Both the position numbers and the translations under genes were made by a program. From Ruminococcus albus 7 = DSM 20455 (GTDB lineage: Bacteria; Bacillota; Clostridia; Oscillospirales; Ruminococcaceae): a DNA stretch of 32,000 nt. Shown here in pieces: positions 27,665-32,000 of this stretch (positions within the stretch are counted from its first letter, which is position 1; the number at the start of each line of letters is the position of its first letter). Under the pieces are notes generated by a model. The model saw only the letters and a list, made by a program, of their open reading frames with translations. It had not been told where the DNA came from and ran no database searches. The DNA is taken from the NCBI RefSeq assembly GCF_000179635.2, contig NC_014833.1, positions 2,130,001 to 2,162,000 of the forward strand, given 5' to 3'.

Positions 27665-28129
27665 TTAATGAAAACGAGAAAAATCTGTACACAAGTATTT
27701 TTCAAATTGCTTCTTACAGTATTCTCTTTTTTCGCCTGTTGTCTTATCAGTTCTATTACCGTTAAACCAGATACTGTGCTTACCTTTGTTCTTTCCGTTC
27801 TTATTTGTTACACACTCATTAAGGAATTCCTCAGAGGACATTATCCACATTGAATCAAGTCGTTCAGAGTAAAAGACAAAATAGAAATTAGGAGTCAGTT
27901 CATGTGTAATGGCTGCAAATAGTGCAGCATCCCCATCGGCTACTTCATTTGATCTTGCTTTTATTTGTATCTCGATAAATTTTCCATCTGCTTTTTTGAT
28001 AACACAGTCTACACCATGATCATCAACAAGAGGAAGATAAACATCCAAGCCTTCCATTAGCATTTTACCAACAAGGTTATATTCCATACGTTTTCCAAAG
28101 CTTGCAGAGTCTCTGAATGAGATACCCAT
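27665..28129 (-). CDS. PD-(D/E)xK nuclease-fold protein (Hjc / I-Ssp6803I-like core), 154 aa
   Basis: G..E..L...L...G..VYLPLVDDHGVDCVI....GKFIEIQIKARS matches a D...(E/Q)xK core. GGGGG lies 9 nt before the ATG. The gap to ogt is 10 nt. Confidence 0.6.
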   Translation of the reverse strand: MGISFRDSASFGKRMEYNLVGKMLMEGLDVYLPLVDDHGVDCVIKKADGKFIEIQIKARSNEVADGDAALFAAITHELTPNFYFVFYSERLDSMWIMSSEEFLNECVTNKNGKNKGKHSIWFNGNRTDKTTGEKREYCKKQFEKYLCTDFSRFH

Positions 28130-28202
28130 AATAATCCCCCTATCTGAACTATGCCGTATATCACGTTAGTCACAAGTCATAATTAACGATTATGTTTGCT
28201 AT

Positions 28203-28231
28203 ATTATACATCATTCAATAATAAAAGTCAA
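28203..28231 (-). promoter_or_regulatory. sigma-A promoter of the nuclease-ogt operon
   Basis: Minus strand reads TTGACT (28226-28231), 17 nt, TATAAT (28203-28208). Confidence 0.7.
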
Positions 28232-28315
28232 TCATAGGCAAATTAATATGGTGATTGTTTTATTGAAACCGAATTCATAACTTAAATTCTGAATGCAAAT
28301 GTGATTATCAATTCC

Positions 28316-28446
28316 TTCCCAGCAAGCTCGGTATCCACGCATTACAATTTTGGAAAATTGAATGCTGCGATACTCAGCTTGCCAGAGGGTTCCACCCCTG
28401 TGCCCCCGTCCGAAAAAGATAAAGATCTGATGCAAAATCATTGACT
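28316..28446 (+). repeat. structured repeat copy 1 (long hairpin plus C-rich tail)
   Basis: cccagcaagct...agcttgccagaggg hairpin, then ttccacccctgtgcccccgtccgaaaaaga...aaaatcattgac. It aligns with copy 2, which starts 195 nt downstream. Confidence 0.6.
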
Positions 28447-28510
28447 AAAAGTGAGTAAAAACCTGTGCCTGACGGCTTGGATAATGACAAGCCCCACAGG
28501 TATTAAAATC

Positions 28511-28652
28511 AACCTCAGCAAGCACGGCAACTCGTTCCCACAAGAATCGTGAAAACGCCTTGCATTGCTTGCTGAGGGACACGCCCCCAAGCCCCCGAAT
28601 CTGAACAAGAAAAACCAGTGAAATCATCCACTCTACGGAGCGTGGATTGACG
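28511..28652 (+). repeat. structured repeat copy 2 (long hairpin plus C-rich tail)
   Basis: Perfect 12 bp inverted repeat cctcagcaagca (28513-28524) / tgcttgctgagg (28567-28578), then gacacgcccccaagcccccgaatctgaacaaga...gaaatcat...ttgac. Confidence 0.6.
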
Positions 28653-28675
28653 TGATTTTCGCACGGGTTTATAAT
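28647..28675 (+). promoter_or_regulatory. sigma-A promoter of the flavodoxin-like gene
   Basis: TTGACG (28647-28652), 17 nt, TATAAT (28670-28675). Confidence 0.75.
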
Positions 28676-28721
28676 AAAAATATCAGCAGAAAAACTGAGA
28701 AGCGGAAGGAGAAAGATCACT

Positions 28722-29405
28722 ATGAAAATACTTGTTCTGAACGGCAGTCCCAAGCATGAAAAAAGTGACACGATGCACATAACACGAGCGTTCCTTGACG
28801 GCATGAAAGAAGCCGCTCCGCAGGAAATCCGTATCGTTGATATCATCGACAAGCATATCGAATATTGCACGGGTTGTTTCACCTGTAAGCGGAACGGCGG
28901 AAAGTGTATCCATAATGACGATATGAAGGAGCTTCTCAGCGAAGTTCTTGAGAGCGATCTTCTGCTGTTCAGCTATCCGCTTTACTGCTACGGAATGCCT
29001 GCGCCGATGAAAGCTTTTGCTGACCGCACGATGCCGCTTTCAAGTATGGCAATGAAGAAGCAGGGCGACAGGTATGTTCACGTCGGGCAGGCGAACTTTT
29101 CACATCTGAAATTCATGATGATCTGCGGCTGCGGATTCCCGAACAGCAAGCAGAATTTCGAGCCTGCGGTCATGCAGTTCAAGCTGATGTTCCCGAATAA
29201 CCATACTATCATTACCGTTCCCGAAAGTCCGATGTTCAATGCCCCCGAAGCAGCAGAGGTAACTGTTCCGAGATCAGAACTTGTGAAGCAGGGTGGAAAG
29301 CAGTATGCAGAGACAGGCGAAATAGATGAAAAATTGCTTGCGGAGATATGCTCGCCTATGATACCCGAAGATGTGTATGCGGAAATCTGCAACAAAGAAA
29401 TGTGA
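28722..29405 (+). CDS. flavodoxin-family / NADPH-dependent FMN reductase-like protein (iron-sulfur flavoprotein type)
   Basis: MKILVLNGSPK...S.T begins the protein, with Cys cluster CTGCFTCKRNGGKC and ...LLLFSYPLYCYGMPAPMKAF.DR. GGAAGGAG RBS. Confidence 0.8.
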   Translation: MKILVLNGSPKHEKSDTMHITRAFLDGMKEAAPQEIRIVDIIDKHIEYCTGCFTCKRNGGKCIHNDDMKELLSEVLESDLLLFSYPLYCYGMPAPMKAFADRTMPLSSMAMKKQGDRYVHVGQANFSHLKFMMICGCGFPNSKQNFEPAVMQFKLMFPNNHTIITVPESPMFNAPEAAEVTVPRSELVKQGGKQYAETGEIDEKLLAEICSPMIPEDVYAEICNKEM

Positions 29406-29412
29406 AACAAAA

Positions 29413-29452
29413 AACACGGACAGCCTTTTATGCAACGGCTATCCGTATTTTT
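29413..29452. terminator. hairpin terminator between convergent genes
   Basis: Stem acggacagcc...ggctatccgt followed by attttta, with aaaaaa on the 5' side. Confidence 0.65.
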
Positions 29453-29864
29453 AATCTATCCAGTAACATCTGAAGTTCCAGTCAGCATCCCAGCGTGCGT
29501 CTATAAAATGCCCACGCATAAAACGTTTATTTGAAAAATAAACAGCTATAGACATATCATCAATATCCATGGTAAAAGAGTCGAAAACTAATTCAGATCT
29601 CATTTGTTCAGGAGACGATACATCGTTTTTATCAACTCCGTAAAAATCGTAGAATTCTTCTCTCAACATCTCATTGACAAGTTTCTCTGCATTCTGCACA
29701 GCATATCTCAGCTTGTCGTAATAGATGTCAATAATCTTCTCCTCGAAATCTTCGGTATATCCCTTACGAGTATACATAAAGTAAGGATCCGGATCGGAAT
29801 AAGCCGAGAGAAACCTGCTGTTTCCATGAATTATACTGTTTATATGATCCTTATCCAGCTTCAT
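29451..29864 (-). CDS. hypothetical cytoplasmic protein (137 aa), immunity-protein-like composition
   Basis: AAGGAG lies 6 nt before the ATG. It has its own promoter on the minus strand: TTGACT (29932-29937), 17 nt, TATGAT (29909-29914). No assignable motif. Confidence 0.6.
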   Translation of the reverse strand: MKLDKDHINSIIHGNSRFLSAYSDPDPYFMYTRKGYTEDFEEKIIDIYYDKLRYAVQNAEKLVNEMLREEFYDFYGVDKNDVSSPEQMRSELVFDSFTMDIDDMSIAVYFSNKRFMRGHFIDARWDADWNFRCYWID

Positions 29865-30020
29865 ACGAACTCCTTCTTTCTTGCTTTTAAGCTTCTTGTA
29901 CTTTTTATATCATAGCACATAACACCGAAAAAGTCAATCGTTATTACAGCGCAATGTACCGGGGAAAATCCACTTTTTGCTGCGCATTTCACAAGAATTA
30001 TTACAATCATTTCAATGTGC

Positions 30021-30049
30021 TGGACTCCGATAGTTTTGTCGGATATAAT
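30021..30049 (+). promoter_or_regulatory. sigma-A promoter of the small-protein/SSB-like operon
   Basis: TGGACT (30021-30026), 17 nt, TATAAT (30044-30049). Confidence 0.6.
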
Positions 30050-30083
30050 GGATTCACGATAAAACTTATGGAGGTACACAACT

Positions 30084-30293
30084 ATGTTGAAAACACCTGA
30101 ACTGGCAATGCCGAGAACGAACAAGGTCACTACCGTCTGCAACGGAAAGCGTGAGGTCTGGACAGACTATGAGGAAGCAAAAGTATATTTCCTGGAACTT
30201 ATGATGTCCACGGACGGTGAGGAGCACGAACGTGCGGAGTGCGTATACATTCAGCTCATGCACGTACTTGACGATTGCAGTGACGTGGACTGA
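30084..30293 (+). CDS. small acidic hypothetical protein (69 aa), mobile-element type
   Basis: GGAGG lies 9 nt before the ATG. It is followed within 15 nt by the SSB-like gene. No motif assigned. Confidence 0.55.
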   Translation: MLKTPELAMPRTNKVTTVCNGKREVWTDYEEAKVYFLELMMSTDGEEHERAECVYIQLMHVLDDCSDVD

Positions 30294-30308
30294 AAGGAGT
30301 AGTAAACT

Positions 30309-30638
30309 ATGCTGAACAAAATAATGATGACAGGACGTATCACCACCGATCTGACCGTTGTAACCGAGGATAATTACAGCTACTGCAAATTTTGCATTGC
30401 AGTAGACAAGCAAAAACAAAATAGCATTGATACCATTGAGACAGATACGTTCACCTGCATTGCCTTTGATGATAATGCTAAATCAGTAAGTTTTCTCTAC
30501 TCAAAAGGTGGGATTATTACATTTGTTGGTTCGCTCAGGAAGGCACCTGACAAGTCAGTAGTTATCATCGTGGAGAAACTGCACTTCCAGAATAGGTTTG
30601 CAGTCAAAGTAGACGTTGATTCGGGACAGCTTTTCTGA
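30309..30638 (+). CDS. short single-stranded DNA-binding (OB-fold) protein lacking the acidic tail
   Basis: MLNKIMMTGRITTDLTVV... is an SSB-type N-terminus (compare MLNKVILIGRLTKDPEL). 109 aa, with no Gly/Pro-rich linker or DDDIPF tail. Confidence 0.6.
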   Translation: MLNKIMMTGRITTDLTVVTEDNYSYCKFCIAVDKQKQNSIDTIETDTFTCIAFDDNAKSVSFLYSKGGIITFVGSLRKAPDKSVVIIVEKLHFQNRFAVKVDVDSGQLF

Positions 30639-30751
30639 CTAAACAGACGATCTACTAACATATAGCTGAAACAAGGCTCTCAGAGTGTTCTGGGGGCCTT
30701 GCTTCATATGGAGATTTTACTGAAACAACTGGAATTATAGCTTTTTATTCA

Positions 30752-30780
30752 TTGACATACGGTATGTAAAATGGTATAAT
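30752..30780 (+). promoter_or_regulatory. sigma-A promoter of the MazG-like/helicase operon
   Basis: TTGACA (30752-30757), 17 nt, TATAAT (30775-30780). Confidence 0.75.
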
Positions 30781-30819
30781 TTAAACAAATAATAGCTTTT
30801 GCTTTGGGAGCGTGATAAA

Positions 30820-31143
30820 ATGAGAGCAGTACATAACAAACTCGTCCGTGACAAGATACCCGAGATAATCGAAAAAGCAAGCAAGACAGCCTACACACAT
30901 ATCCTCTCCGACGAAGAATATATCTCCGAGCTAGACAAAAAGCTTGGCGAGGAATTTGCCGAGTATCAGGCTGACAAGAACATAGAAGAACTTGCCGATA
31001 TGTTGGAAGTTATGTATGCTATCGCCGAAGCAAGAGGATGGTCGGTATCTGAGCTTGAAGCTGTCCGTAAGTCTAAGGCTGAAAAGCGTGGTGGCTTCAA
31101 AAAGAAAATATACCTTGAGTATGTGGAGGAAGGAAATGAGTGA
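30820..31143 (+). CDS. all-alpha MazG-like NTP pyrophosphohydrolase (PRA-PH / COG4997-type)
   Basis: NKLVRDKIPEII... then ...KL.EE..E........EELADMLEV..A.. (an EExxE/D-type metal motif) ...KRGGF. GGGAG lies 9 nt before the ATG at 30820. Confidence 0.7.
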   Translation: MRAVHNKLVRDKIPEIIEKASKTAYTHILSDEEYISELDKKLGEEFAEYQADKNIEELADMLEVMYAIAEARGWSVSELEAVRKSKAEKRGGFKKKIYLEYVEEGNE

Positions 31144-32000
31144 AAGACTTGTAACGCCAAGTGGGAGCGCTCCCGAAAACCTGTTCATAGAACTTTTTTC
31201 GGACGCTTTCGGCGCTGAAAAAGCTGCGTTTCTTTATCCGCAGTACCACTTCACCGACATTTATCAGAATGACCGCTATGCTGATTTCTTCCTTGAAAAC
31301 GGCGGAAAGCGTATCGCTATTGAGATAGACGATGAAGCAAGTCATAACCCGTCGGTCGTGTCACGCAACAAGTTCTATGACGACCTGCTGAAACAAAACA
31401 GCATGATATTCAAAGGTTGGGACGTTTACCGCTGGGCAGTGCGTCAGTTGCAGGTACAGCCCGATACTGTCAAGGACGAACTGCGTATATTTCTCGGTTC
31501 GCACCCGCTGTTCCGTGAGATAGCAGATTATCTTCCCACACAGCGTTCCAAGACGATCAATGCCGAGAATTTGCAGCTGAAAGAGCATCAGCTTGCAGCT
31601 TTGAAGTCTCTTGAAGAAATGCGTGAACGTCATGAAACTATCGCTCTGTTATATCACGCAACAGGAACGGGAAAGACCGTTACCGCAGTCAGCGATGCAA
31701 AGCGGTTCGGCAAACGCACACTGTTCCTCGCACATACGATAGAGCTTGTAAATCAGGCTTATGAAACTTTCAATACTCTGTGGGATGGCGTTTATGTCGG
31801 TAAGTTCGGCGATGCTGTAAAGGAGAGAGATGCATATATCGTCTGCGGAAGTATCCAAAGTGTTGCACTCAATCTTGAAATGTTCCGTAAGGACGAGTTC
31901 GAGTATCTCATAATTGACGAGGCTCACCACGCTTCTGCCGATACATACCAGAAAGTGCTTGCGTATTTCAAGCCCAAGTTCACGCTGGGTCTTACAGCTA
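31136..32000 (+). CDS. Vsr/DUF559-like nuclease-fold domain fused to an SF2 DEAH (ResIII-type) helicase, 3' end outside window
   Basis: Not in the supplied ORF track because there is no stop in the window. My own translation from the ATG at 31136 is open for 288 codons. The N-terminus RYADFFLENGGKRIAIEIDDEASH...D.LLKQN.....GW.VYRW fits the DUF559 pattern. Helicase motifs follow: motif I ATGTGKT, Ia LFLAHT, II IIDEAHH, III LGLTA. The start overlaps the MazG-like stop by 8 nt. Confidence 0.8.
   Translation, partial: MSERLVTPSGSAPENLFIELFSDAFGAEKAAFLYPQYHFTDIYQNDRYADFFLENGGKRIAIEIDDEASHNPSVVSRNKFYDDLLKQNSMIFKGWDVYRWAVRQLQVQPDTVKDELRIFLGSHPLFREIADYLPTQRSKTINAENLQLKEHQLAALKSLEEMRERHETIALLYHATGTGKTVTAVSDAKRFGKRTLFLAHTIELVNQAYETFNTLWDGVYVGKFGDAVKERDAYIVCGSIQSVALNLEMFRKDEFEYLIIDEAHHASADTYQKVLAYFKPKFTLGLTA

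Noticed and set aside
28380-28500. Possible ykkC/guanidine-I-like riboswitch (AGGGUUCC ... GUCCGAAAAAG ... ACGGCUUGG...CAAGCC)
   Set aside because: Only short fragments resemble the consensus. The second repeat copy does not keep them. The downstream gene has its own promoter 3' of the element, and flavodoxin is not a known ykkC-class target.
28232-28913. Minus-strand ORFs 28232-28441, 28445-28882 and 28683-28913 in or over the spacer and the flavodoxin 5' end
   Set aside because: They have no RBS, and they overlap mapped promoters and the flavodoxin CDS. The translations are Cys/Ser/Phe-rich with no motifs. The apparent peptide similarity between the two repeat copies (L.EG..P.PP) follows trivially from nucleotide similarity, and the 5' halves are in different frames.
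31097-31930. Three minus-strand ORFs (82, 90 and 93 aa) listed at the right end
   Set aside because: They are shadows of the unlisted plus-strand helicase ORF, which shows unambiguous Walker A and DEAH motifs.
1-32000. Search for CRISPR arrays, tRNA/rRNA genes, IS elements with terminal inverted repeats, and reverse transcriptase or Cas genes
   Set aside because: I found no regularly spaced direct repeats, no tRNA-like T-arm (GGTTCGAATCC) in the intergenic regions, and no transposase, RT or Cas-like ORFs on reading all six frames.

Overview
The window looks like a low-GC Firmicutes chromosome, probably Clostridia (Ruminococcus/Oscillospiraceae-like); this is inferred from protein content and sigma-A promoter/RBS style only. 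I saw no rRNA, tRNA or CRISPR array.

**Core region (nt 1 to ~26280), densely packed housekeeping genes:**
- nrdD (5' end outside the window) and nrdG, exonuclease III, a metallophosphoesterase, and archaeal-type aspS.
- Two CPBP (CAAX/Abi) intramembrane protease genes flanking an XRE regulator and a small membrane protein.
- A PhoP/PhoR-like two-component pair followed by a Na/Pi cotransporter, then cysK.
- A canonical T-box leader followed by a vWA-TerF-like gene and alaS.
- GrpB and HIT genes.
- A tightly coupled comEC-holA-toprim-MBOAT-DHHW-like gene string, then an acidic lipoprotein.

**Accessory island (~26280 to the window end), GC-patchy and looks like a decayed mobile element:**
- A large serine recombinase truncated to its catalytic domain, sitting directly against the core terminator, with a coupled small SHOCT-like ORF.
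- A PD-(D/E)xK nuclease-ogt operon.
- A ~400 bp ORF-free spacer holding two diverged copies of a hairpin plus C-rich element.
- A flavodoxin-like gene, an orphan gene, a small protein plus a short SSB-like protein.
- A translationally coupled MazG-like NTP pyrophosphohydrolase and a Vsr/DUF559-like nuclease-fold::SF2 DEAH helicase. The helicase is absent from the supplied ORF track because it runs off the window.

**Best candidates for something new:**
- The MazG-like/nuclease-helicase pair.
- The nuclease-ogt operon.
- The twin structured repeats.
- The T-box-controlled vWA gene inserted in front of alaS.
- The MBOAT/DHHW pair, where both proteins carry substitutions at expected catalytic residues.
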